A stretch of DNA of 64,000 bases, from NCBI RefSeq assembly GCF_006345805.1, contig NC_043006.1, forward strand, positions 19,778,001-19,842,000. The letters run 5' to 3'. A program made the position numbers and the translations under genes. Below the pieces are notes generated by a model. It was not told the origin of the DNA. It was given only the letters and a program-made list of their open reading frames with translations, and searched no databases. Shown piece after piece: positions 25,798 to 37,039 of this stretch. The stretch comes from Octopus sinensis. Taxonomy: Eukaryota. Each line of letters starts with the position of its first letter. Positions within the stretch are counted from its first letter, which is position 1.

Positions 25798-26140
25798 AAC
25801 ATAATGCAAACGTGAAGCTTTTTTGTGCATTTTGTTTGCAGAAAATAAAGAAATAACAGTAATAACGTCAGTGAAAAATAAATATTAAGTAAATTGCCTT
25901 TACATATTTATCACTATCAGTAACAAAAGCAAAAATATTTATTCAAATCCTTCAAATTCAATGTCACTTTTAGCATCAAATAACTGTTCCATTTGTTCCT
26001 CCATAAACATGTCAGCATCATTGTAGTGTAAATCTCCATCATCGTCAGATTCATAGTCAATATCAGAAGATTCACTTTCATTTATTTCATCTTTCCATGC
26101 AACATCACCTTGAGTACCATCCAGTGCAGACGGTATACAA

Positions 26141-26651
26141 TCTATATATATAAAACTGTAGTTGTGTGAGTGTCTGTCCCCTTCGATTTAGATTCCTAAC
26201 TCCTCCCACATTTTGCGGTGCAGTTTAACCAAATTCGGGTATCTTATAGTCGTGATTCATATCGAGCCCGTCTGGGTATTAGCGCGCGTCTACGATGAGT
26301 CTACGATTTTAAAAATAATTTAACATCATTTTTTATTCCATTTTAATGCATAATTTTTCGTGTGTCGATGGCGGCGGAGTTGGCGTCCACGCTCACATGC
26401 ACCTGTTTGCTTCTCCCCCTTCTTCCCTCCCTCGTGAAGCTGTGGTGAAGGGAGTGTAAGGAAATCAACGTCGTAAAGCGTTGTCAAGGAGACCAGCGTT
26501 CTTTTAGAACAACGACTTCATGGCTTGAAGACACCAAAACAGAAATAGCTAAGAAAGCCCGAATTGGCATCTATAAGGGAAGTAACTCTCTAAAAATGCT
26601 TATATAGTTATTTCCCTTACAAACCCGAGCAACGCCGGGCGATACTGCTAG
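26141..26651 (+). mobile_element. Non-autonomous Helitron
   Basis: 5' TC, subterminal hairpin cccgagcaacgccggg and 3' CTAG; inserted between A26140 and T26652 with no TSD. Confidence 0.85.
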
Positions 26652-27689
26652 TATTTGATAAAACTTTTCACAATAATCTGGGGATCAAGTTCATTCCTTG
26701 CATACACGATCCATTTGCATATCAAAGTTAGGTCCACAGCGAGAAATATGTTTGTAAATATGTTTGCAAATTGTTTTTGTTGTATGTTATTCTGTGTTCT
26801 GAATACTTTTATTTTAATAAATGTTGCTTACTGCAAGTTATGGATGATTTTTTATGACTTCATTGCTTTCAGGCTTAGCTTAAGGTATTTTTGCACCCGA
26901 CATCACAAAATGTATCTGAATAAACATTGCCGAACAGCAAATAGAGACTCAGACATTGCTTAGAAAATATTTTTCATTTTTAACCTCGTATATAGTACAC
27001 ACTAGAAATTTTGACCTTTAAATTTTGGGGAAAAAATGCGGATTATACTCGAGGATTTACAATACAGATATTTTATCACTTTGTCGGTTACTACAACCAC
27101 TAACACTCTCTCTCTTTCTTTATATATATATATATATATATATATATGCATATATATGCCATATTTCCTGATATTATCTATGGTAGCATAGTATACCATT
27201 TCAAAGTCACCCATCCCAGGGAGTTCCAAATGTGGTGTCTATGTCAGTTCCTTGGTGTCTCTCTCTACATGACTGAATCTCAAACAGCATCTGAAAACAA
27301 TACCAGCAACAGCTGACCATTGAAGACCAAGTCTGCCAGTACAGGCTATAGTTGAACACTGGAAGACTACCACACCAACTTTTGTGGTGGTTATCAACCC
27401 ACGCACTGGAGAATCCAGTACAGTGCCCCAAAGATACCATGGGCCAAAAAACTGAGGAAGACCTGAGGTCACAGTGCTTCAACCTCAAGCATACTAAGAT
27501 CAGTGCCATAGATTGGAAAGCATGGAATAACATCACCACCAGAGTCCGTCATCTAGCAGCACCCATGGCGGCATATTGATTGTGACCCATCTCGGGTCAC
27601 CAGCTAGGGATTTTACTTCTTTATAAAAATAATGGGAGGGGGTGTTAATGGGAGTAAATGTCATATTTTGCTATGTCTAAAGAATGCAT

Positions 27690-28010
27690 GTAATCATCAT
27701 CATCATCATCATCATCGTTTAACGTCCGTTCTCCATGATAGCATAGGTTGGACAGTTCGACCGGGGATCTGGGAAGCCAGAAGGCTGCACCAGGCTCCGG
27801 TCTTATCTGGCAATGTTTCTACAGCTGGATGCTCTTCCTAACGCCAACCGCTCCGTGAGTGTAGTGGGTGCTTTTTACGTGCCGCCTACACTGGTGCCAG
27901 GCGAGGCTGGCATCGGCCACGGTCGGATTGGTGCATTTTACATGCCACCTGCACGGAAGCCAGTCGAGGCGGCACTGGCTTCGGCCACGATTCGGATGGT
28001 GCTTTTTACA
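27690..28010 (-). mobile_element. RTE 3' UTR copy
   Basis: (CAT)n plus reverse family sequence, about 80 bp from exon 28089. Confidence 0.85.
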
Positions 28011-28088
28011 AATGTAATAATAGACAAAAACATCTGATACAAATGATATAAAATTTGGCAGTAGACAAAACATAATTCAAATACTTAC

Positions 28089-28150
28089 TTTTGAGTCTGA
28101 AAGGTTCCTCCAGCATTCTTGATCTGCATAACCTTCCTGAGACAGTGAAT
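28089..28150 (-). CDS. Internal coding exon (62 nt, phase 1 to 0) of the same gene
   Basis: Acceptor tcttcatttccaaacag and donor gtaagtat. Reads (D)SLSQEGYADQECWRNLSDSK and is phase-compatible with both neighbours. Confidence 0.8.
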
Positions 28151-28470
28151 CTGTTTGGAAATGAAGATTTAGCAACTTAAAATACAAATGTATTTACAGA
28201 ATCTACCATGCTTGGATAAGTGCCATAGTTATATATTTCACATGTCACATGACTGGTACACACTAACAAAAAAAAAAAAAGAATCAACCAAACTAATTCA
28301 CAACGGGGGGGTAAAATACACAGCTTTTAGTGCATTGCAGTGGTTGCCAAACTAAAGAGGGAAGGAGATAAGAAACTGATGCCATGACAGTGAATAACAT
28401 TTCATGGTGGTGGTGGTGATAGTGGTGGTGATAGTGGTGGTGGTGGTGTCCGTGATGGAGGTGACAGTGG

Positions 28471-28507
<37 letters not shown>

Positions 28508-29440
28508 ATAATCATTACTATTATCATTTCGTTGTTGTTGTTGTTGTTGTGGTGGTTGTTATGATGTTGTTGTTGTTGTTATTCCATGCGACGATTGTTC
28601 GCCTTTGGTTACAAAGCTGGAACCAAATACCAAATACCACATGCTGACTCTTCAAGACTGAAACTATCCATAGGAAGAGCAGAAATACGTACACTGAACA
28701 TGAAAAATGAAGTCTTTTTCTTGGGGTTTTTTTTTTTTTTGTTTTTAAGTGATGGTCGGGGTAGGAACGCAGAGGAGGAACATAATCATGATGTGCGCAC
28801 GCAAATAAATAAATAAACAAATATTTATATAATTTAATCATAAATAAATAAATAAACAGACCACAAATTTACAATAAAGGCAAAATTCTAGAGTCAAATT
28901 TCAAATCTGTTGCTTGCTTGTCTGACTTGATATGGAATACATACAACACTGATAGACTCATTTCAGATGCTAAAAGAACCAATCAAAATCATCTAACTCA
29001 CCAAACAGCAGTGCTGCGAACTAGAATTTGACAAATGCAGAGAAGCATGAGACTATAGCAATAATGGTATTCAATAAAATTCAATGAAGAATTTTGAAGA
29101 CATAGAAATAACAGTCATCAAAGCAAACAAAGACGTTTTCATGTGATAATTCAATGATAAATATATAGATATATATATATATCTTTACAAATAACTAACA
29201 GAATGACTGGCTTTCAGGCAGTTTTCTGTTAGTCGTTAAATAATATTTACACACTTGATTCTTGGTGTGTGCAATTTTTTTTTTTTGATATGTTTACATT
29301 GAATTTTTCTTTGTATCGTTTACTCATCTGTTAGAACTCACTGATTCAGTGAGTAAATTTAGGGCATAACTATAGAAGAGTGCCATCACCTCCGAGCACT
29401 TGGTTTCATTTCTTCATAACTTTCTGAAAAATGGATATCT

Positions 29441-29826
29441 CTTTTACTCTTTTATTTGTTTCAGTCATTTGACTGTGGCCATGCTGGAGCACCACCTTGA
29501 AAGGTTTTAGTTGAATGCATCAAACGAAGCCTAGTACTGATTCTATCGGTCTCTTTTGCCGAACCGCTAAGTTACGGGGATGTAAACACACCAGCATCGG
29601 TTGTCAAGCGATGTTGGGGGGACAAACACAGACGCACAAACATACATACACATACACATGTATATATACGATGGGCTTCTTTCAGTTTCCGTCTACCGAA
29701 TCCACTCACAAGGTTTTGGTCGGCCCGAGGCGATAGTAGAAGACACTTGCCCAAGGTGCCACGCAGTGGGACTGAACCCAGAACCATGTTGTTAGTAAGC
29801 AAGCTACTTACCACACAGCCACTCCT
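29441..29826 (-). mobile_element. tRNA-derived SINE S1
   Basis: Reverse copy of 24356-24748. Confidence 0.9.
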
Positions 29827-30098
29827 ATATTTTTTAAGAAATTTTCTGCAAATACCTTTCAGATGGTGTAGATGGTAATTATGCCAGAATTAAATGTGAA
29901 AAAATATCAGGACAAAATGCAGGAACAGATCATGCACCAAGCTTGCTTGGCGCATAAGGGTGATTATTGGACACCTTGCAGGATACAAAACACAACCTGA
30001 CAAAGGGGGAAGAACTCAGGAGAGTCAACAGCCAACTAGTATTGGGTAAGAAATGAAAAAGGAAGGAAAAGGGGATGACTACCTTGTAGGTGGAAAGA

Positions 30099-30325
30099 TT
30101 AACCCTTTAGTGTTCAGGTTATTCAATCAAACATAATGCTTATTGATTCCCATTGATTTGAATTATTCATTCATTATCTCATATCTTTAAGATGTTGATG
30201 GTGTAATTACTTAATGTAGAATAACATTGTAGGGTAGGTGTGAGAGCCTGGATCTGGTCAGTTTGAATATAAAACAGATTAAATATTTTGGCCGGATATG
30301 GCCAGTTTAAATACTAAAGGGTTAA
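30099..30325. mobile_element. piggyBac-type MITE, family B
   Basis: TTAA-CCCTTTAG...CTAAAGGG-TTAA; homologous to 61372-61599. Confidence 0.85.
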
Positions 30326-31430
30326 CAGAATGAAAGGAAATTTAAGGGTAAGACAATGATTCAGAGAAGTTTCACAAACGGAAGTCTCTCATGAGCCACA
30401 TTTTTGTATTCAATGACTGAAAGAATGAATACTACAATGAAATCATGCACCAGGGATTGATGTAAAAGTTGATCACGCTATGAAGCCCAACCGGTTGGGA
30501 ATGGTTGTTCGACCATGTCAAAGGATGATTTCACAAACCTTGAATTTGGCTCCCCATATATTTTGATGATGTAGATTAGAAAGAACTACACTGAAAAAAG
30601 AGAAAAATTTGAGACCCACATGATCCCTGCTATTTCTAGCATACTAAACAACCATGTAGAAGATGGGCTCCCTTTGAGTTTGTTTAAAAGAGATTAAGAT
30701 TGCTATAAAATAATAAAAGAAATATGTATTCAATAATTAATGTTAACTTCGTACTCTGCCTTTCCACAAAGATTATTTTCAGAAAAGGCTGGTAGAGTGC
30801 TCAAAAGTAATTTTTTTTTTCAACATATGAGGAAACAAAGTAAAGATGCATGAAATATCTACTCACTCTCCCATTTTTCTCACATTAAATTGTAATATAA
30901 TCATAAATATTGTCTGAAAGGTATTGGTTGAAAATTTCATTAAAAAAATATATCTATTTTTCAGAAAGTTATGAGGAAACAAAATTCAGCGGGGACACAC
31001 TTTCAGTACTTATAGTGGATATGAACCAAGATGTTAAAAAATGCTATCTCACAATGTAACTATGTCACAGTGAATAAAAATTTATTTTGTGATTGAATCA
31101 TGAAATTGAAATCTTCAATAATAAAAGAATCTTGAAAATCATACTTTGATAAAAAAAAAAAAAAAGCAAATATTTATTTACCAACCCTGAAAGGGTGAAA
31201 GGCAAAATAAATTCTGGCAGGATTTGACAAAAAGTCAGAACAAATATCACAATGCAATTGTCCACTGCATATCACTGTATAAACAGTCTTGGAGAGATGA
31301 AAGGTAAAATTAAACTTGGTATGATTTGAACTAGGAACGTAAAAAAACCAAAGCAAATCATAAATTAAATTTTTGTCAGATGCTCAAATGATTCTGCCAA
31401 TTTGCCACTTTGTAAATTAAAATTACTCTA

Positions 31431-31805
31431 TCTTCTCTCTATATATAAATGGCAGTTTGTCTGTGTGTGTTTCTGTGTGTCTGTTAGGCTGTACCCTCAC
31501 CCTGACCACGGCTTTCAACTGATTCTGATGAAACTTGACACACACATAGTCCAATGTCATAATTCAAAACTAACGCAGCGAAAATTTTGAAAAGTTCCCC
31601 CAGTTCTGAAAAAAATCGATAAATTCGACATGGGGTCGATAATCAGAAACACAAACCACAGACTGTCTAGGGGACGCAACTCGACCTTTTTAACTAAAAA
31701 AAAAATTTACCATAATTTTTTTTCCATTTTTAGGCTATAACTCTCTAAAAATGCTTTATAGTTATTTCCCTTACAAACCCGAGCAACGCCGGGCGATACT
31801 GCTAG
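31431..31805 (+). mobile_element. Non-autonomous Helitron
   Basis: A|TC...cccgagcaacgccggg-cgatactgCTAG|T; near-identical to 63382-63755. Confidence 0.85.
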
Positions 31806-31879
31806 TCATTGTATAAACTAGACTATCATATGTTGCACACCACTGTTAACAATGCACTTCTTTGCAGTGATGTAGCTTT

Positions 31880-32090
31880 TGAATAATGGTACTCTGCTGG
31901 TTGGGTAGGCAGGCCAGCATTTATTCCCAATGAATGGAATGCCAGTCTGTTGCAGGGTTACCTATTTACAGCTGAGTGAAGTGGAGCAATGTGAAATGAA
32001 GTGTTTTGTTCAAGAAAACAACGCACTGCTGGTCTGAGAATCTTGCAACCATGAATGCAACACCCTAATCCCTAAGCCATATGCCTTTGT
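31880..32090 (-). mobile_element. Degenerate V-domain-like SINE
   Basis: cagctgagtgaagtggagcaatgtgaaatgaagtgttttgttcaagaaaacaac is shared with the 32463 head region. Confidence 0.6.
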
Positions 32091-32462
32091 ACATTAATTA
32101 AAATATCATTAATGAAGGCTGGTGTTAGGAAGAGCATCCAACCATAAAAGCCATGCCAAAACAGGCAGTGGGGCCTCTGCCTAGCCAGCTCCTGTCAAAA
32201 TGTCCAACCCATGCCAGCATGAAAAATAGACATTAAATGATAATGATGACAATGATGATGATGATGACAATGGTGACAGAAACAATGTTATACATGTCAA
32301 GAAGAAGGGCATGGATGTAATTAAATCAATTATCCTAAAAACATTATTGTAGACATTAAAAGCATGAAAGGGACAACTATTCTCAGTGATATTTGAATTT
32401 GCAATGTGAAGGGATTTCACTATATACTATATGATATTTAGTCTGGCATTCTAGCACCTTTA

Positions 32463-32812
32463 TGTACATGGGTAAAGACCCCCTTCGGTCATGAATGACC
32501 ATGGGATTGCACCTAGAAAGTTACCCTCCTAGACACAAGTCCGGACAAGGTTGTTTTTTTATGGAAGACCAGCAGTCGCCCATGCATACCAGCCTCCCCT
32601 CTCCACGCCACCAGTGTTATCGAAGGGAAAGACAAAGGTCGATACAGCTTGGCACCAGTGACGCCGCAACTCATTTCTACAGCTGAGTGAACTGGAGCAA
32701 CGTGAAATAAAGTGTCTTGCTCAAGAACACAACACGCAGCCCGGTCCGGGATTCGAGCTCACAACCTCACGATCGTAAGCTCGATGCTCTAACCACTGAG
32801 CCATGCGCCTTC
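32463..32812 (-). mobile_element. tRNA-derived SINE S3 (V-like core)
   Basis: Head tgaaggcgcatggctcagtggttagagcatcgagc...gctcgaatccc; inverted homolog at 35515-35850. Confidence 0.85.
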
Positions 32813-34065
32813 ATATCTAAAACTGCATTATTTAATGTGGTCTTTTATTAAAGACAATAAGGTGAAATCTGAAGGAGATTTGGCTGCTGTTTCTAGTAAA
32901 TCAACTAATCATGTAGAAGCTATCTCATTGAGTTCAGCAATGGATATTTTATAGTTGGATGGATGCTGATGCTTTTGTTGGCCACTCAACTGTCCATTTA
33001 TTTTTATTTTCGCTTCAAGATGATAAAGGAGGATTATCCAAAAAAAAGCCTCCAAATTTTGCTGCTGACTTCACCCTGCCACCAACTTTACACTCTCAAC
33101 AAATCCCTTCCTATACTCACATATTCCGAGTCATTACTCTCACCACCATAGGCATAGTGTTACCACACATCTGAGAAATATCCTCAAAGTCAAATACTCC
33201 TATGGTCTTTATTTGATCAGTTACTGACCCCTACAAAGCTCTGGATTTACATTGTACTACTGTGCTGTTAATTAATAGTTATCGCCATACTAATATGGCA
33301 GTCTTATAAATATAAGACTAAAGCTGTCGCTGATTAGCTCCATGAGGCCATCACCTTAAGCTAGCTATTTGACACACAAACTGCGTCCATTATAAACCTT
33401 CGAACAAGGGAGGTCAGACTTGGTAATTTTAATATTTCTATTACTGTGCTGTTGCTATACACAAATATACTATATCAATAATCCTTAACTTCTTTTTCTC
33501 AGCCCCTCCTCTTTTCGATCATGTAAAATCATCAACACCCCTAATGAAATTTTATGTAACAATCCTCTTCCCTTTTCTGTAACACCCCAAGAGGGTATTT
33601 CAGTTCCATCTGAGAATACTGTCCAAGACAGTAAAGGCTCATTCTTCTCCAACATACTACAACCACTAACCCATACAAATGCCATTTCTTCTTTCTGCTT
33701 TTTACTTATATACCTAATTCCGTCCAGGCTCATCTGATACATTTGTCTTTCCTCTACCATTACATTTACTATGATTCACCAGCTAGACTGCACACTAAAC
33801 ACTTCACCCAATCCTCACTCAGCTAAACTGTAAACATCTGAAACTACTTCTCCATCAAAGTTTTTCTTCTACGGGAGACCAATAGATGTTCAAATTAATC
33901 ACCACAAATTTCGAAGACCTAAAGGTTTCAGGTACCATTCCATTTCTTTTCCGTAACTTACTAACGAGTGAAACATTGGCATATTTTGATAAGTTTTTAT
34001 ATATTGTAGTGGGGCAAGAAATTTTAGGGGTACAAAAAAAGAAAAAATTAAATAAATAAACTAAC

Positions 34066-34153
34066 CGTCACTTTCTGTACTTTTGTGACTTTGGTTTTCA
34101 ATTTTTTTGCGAAGTTGCTCATGTTCTGAGCCAAGTTCTTGAAGTGCCGTTGT
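34066..34153 (-). CDS. Internal coding exon (88 nt, phase 0 to 1) of the same gene
   Basis: Acceptor tttcttctttggaatttacag and donor gttagt. Reads TTALQELGSEHEQLRKKIENQSHKSTESD+G, coiled-coil-like. Confidence 0.85.
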
Positions 34154-34258
34154 CTGTAAATTCCAAAGAAGAAAAATAAGAGAAACATCAATTGTAATAC
34201 ATTAATAATATTTCTAAAAGCAATTTTTTTTCTTTGGTCAGTAACGTTTTTATACTCA

Positions 34259-34487
34259 TTAACCCTTTCGTTACCAACCTGGCTGAAACCGGCTTTGGCT
34301 CTTTAGTACAAATGTCTGGTTTTCAAAAGTTCTGAATTAAAATCTTCCACCAAACCTTAGTCACAATTTATGTTCCTAAAACTAGCTGAATGGTAACTAA
34401 GTTATTTTACTAAATTCTTTGTTATATTTAAAGTAATTGGAAGAAACACAGAGCATCTGAAAATAAATACAGTAACAAAAGGGTTAA
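34259..34487. mobile_element. piggyBac-type MITE, family A
   Basis: TTAA-CCCTTT...AAAGGG-TTAA. Confidence 0.9.
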
Positions 34488-34877
34488 TTGAATTTATTAG
34501 ATTCCATAAATAAAGAGAAGTGTCATAGAAGGCCAAGTTGATAGCAGTGTAAAACTAACATATTCTATACCATCCATCAAAGGTTCCATAAATCAAGAGA
34601 CTTAATGAGTCAAAGTACACGGTATTTTTCAGTACTAGTCTCAAAGGTACGATAAAAATCTAGAAAATGGTGTTAAAGCAGGGTGTTAATAAGGGTATCA
34701 ACCAACACCTATATTCCAATAACATCAACTATTCTATTTAGTGAAACTCAGACAAATGTCAAATACAGACTATAAACAGTTCAGCAGTGATCATCCTATC
34801 ATTTTTACAGACACTTCAGCTATGACAATCACATTTTTTGTCAAATAGTGTCTCTCACACTATATCATCTGCAATGT

Positions 34878-35240
34878 GGAGGCGCAATGGCCCAGTGGTT
34901 AGGGCAGCGGACTCGCGGTCATAGGATCGCGGTTTCGATTCCCAGACCGGGCGTTGTGAGTGTTTATTGAGTGAAAACACCTAAAGCTCCACGAGGCTCC
35001 AGCAGGGGATGGTGGTGATCCCTGCTGTACTCTTTCACCACAACTTTCTCTCACTCTTACTTCCTGTTTCTGTTGTACCTGTATTTCAAAGGGCCAGCCT
35101 TGTCACTCTCTGTGTCACGCTGAATATCCCCGAGAACTACGTTAAGGGTACACGTGTCCGTGGAGTGCTCAGCCACTTACACGTTAATTTCACGAGCAGG
35201 CTGTTCCGTTGATTCGGATCAACCGGAACCCACGTCGTCG
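34878..35240 (+). mobile_element. tRNA-derived SINE S4
   Basis: ggcgcaatggcccagtggttagggc (A box) and ggtttcgattccc (B box); tail shared with 52505-52828. Confidence 0.85.
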
Positions 35241-35514
35241 TAACCGACGGAGTGCTTCCATTATCTGCAATAATTTCTACTTTTTAAAAAATTTTTATTT
35301 CCGAAATAGAAAGCAATGATGTGAAAGCAATTTGACTTTTAATTACAGCAGATCACACCACCAAGAACTTGTTGTCTTTTTGGGCGCAAATTTTGTCTCC
35401 AATTTCTCCAAGTGATACAAATAGGTAATATGAGGTACTCCACAGCTGAATCATAACTTATGGATTAAAACTCATATTGACTTTTACTAATATATTCTTT
35501 CCCCTACCCCTAAA

Positions 35515-35850
35515 TGGCTCAGTGGTTAGAGAATCAGGCTCACAATCATGAGGTAGTGAGTTTAATTCCCGGAACAGGCTGTGTGTTGTGTTCTTAAGCA
35601 AGACACTTTATTTCACATTGTTCCAGTTTAGTCAGCTGTAGAAATGAACTGCAATGTCACTGGTGCCAAGCTGTATCAGCATTTGCCTTGCTCTTGGATA
35701 ACATTGGTGGCATGGAGATGGGAGGCTGTTATGCATGGGTGACTGCTGGGCTTCCAAAAAACTTTGTTGCCTGGGCTTGTATCTTGAAAGATAACTTTCT
35801 AGGTGCAATCCCATAGTCATTTATGACTGAAAGGGGTCTTCACCCTTTAG
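35515..35850 (+). mobile_element. tRNA-derived SINE S3, degenerate
   Basis: Homologous to 32463-32812 in opposite orientation. Confidence 0.8.
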
Positions 35851-36199
35851 CCCTACCACAAATTTGATCCTTAGTTAGGAGAAAATATGATCCTTGCTAC
35901 CTCTACTGTGAAGATATTCACATTCATTAGGAGTATTAAAATTCTAAAATTTATACGAATCAGTTCAGATAATTAAGATAAAAATATCTAAGTATAAGAA
36001 ACATACAACCAGAAAATGGTTTCAAATTCTTACATAAATGATTATACTCTTATATCTTTACCACCACTACCATTATTTTGCCTCCGTTTACCAATAATGT
36101 TCTGTGGTTGATTCAACTAACTTCAACTACCTCTCTCAACAAATGGGTGGACTTGTGCCAGACTTAAAAAATAATATTAAAATATGAGGCAAGACCTGT

Positions 36200-36682
36200 T
36201 GAGGCAAGCGAAGTCGATATAGAACCTCATCCGACGACAGGCACCCATGCCAACCCCCTTTGCTTGCGAAGACATGTTGGGGCAAGTGAAATCGAAATCG
36301 AAATCGAATTGAACCAATCCTATGACTGGCACCCGGCAGATGCCAGGACCCCTGGACTGGTGGTACAAAAAAAGCACTATCTGGCATCGTGGCCGATGCC
36401 AGCGCCGCCTCGACTGGCTTCCGTGCCGGTGGCACGTAAAATGCACCAATCCGACCGTGGCCGATGCCAGCCTCACCTGGCACCAGTGCAGGTGGCACGT
36501 AAAAAGCACCCACTACACTCACGGAGTGGTTGGCGTTAGGAAGGGCATCCAGCCATAGAAACACTGCCAAATCTGACTGGGCCTGATGAAGCCTTCCGGC
36601 TTCACACACCCCAGTTAAACCGTCCAACCCATGCTAGCATGGAAAACGGACGCTAAATGATGATGATGATGATGATGATGAT
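36200..36682 (+). mobile_element. RTE 3' UTR copy
   Basis: Family tail plus (GAT)n ending about 60 bp from exon 36741. Confidence 0.85.
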
Positions 36683-36740
36683 TAAAATATATGAAATCAT
36701 TTAAAAATAGAGTAGATCTCATTGGCCACAAGAAAACTAC

Positions 36741-36821
36741 CTTTGACTCAAGTGCTTTCTGTAAATGATTTATCTTCTTGGAACTACTATTTAATGCTTC
36801 TTGCAGTTGTCTAATTTCTTC
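36741..36821 (-). CDS. Internal coding exon (81 nt, phase 0 to 0) of the same gene
   Basis: Acceptor ttcttttcttgcag and donor gtagtt. Reads EEIRQLQEALNSSSKKINHLQKALESK, with heptad character. Confidence 0.85.
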
Positions 36822-37039
36822 CTGCAAGAAAAGAATTTAAAAAATTGTTAATAAACTACACAAAATGATATAATAATAAATAATAATAAACATTAATAAT
36901 AAATAATAATAATAAATAATAATAAACATTCAGAAAAAATATTTAAAAAAAAAAACAATTGTGACACTTAACAAGTTTAAAGCTGATAGATTTTCAACAA
37001 TAAGTTTAACGAGATATTAACATTTTAAAATAGGAAATA

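Larger units (their letters stand above)
25149..27062 (-). mobile_element. pogo-family (Tc1/mariner superfamily) transposon relic with nested insertions
   Basis: TA-flanked TIRs ccataaatcctcgagtata / tatactcgaggatttacaa. Removing the Helitron restores KWIVYARNELDPQIIVKSFIKYCIPSALDGTQGDVAWKDE, a pogo transposase C-terminus. Confidence 0.8.

Noticed and set aside
33485-33960. 91-aa minus-strand ORF as an exon or gene
   Set aside because: No matching splice phase or protein motif; probably a decayed LINE fragment that I could not classify.
34878-34955. Possible tRNA gene (also the heads at 24356, 32812, 37570 and 52828)
   Set aside because: A/B boxes are present but there is no complete cloverleaf or T-run terminator, and each continues into a dispersed SINE body.
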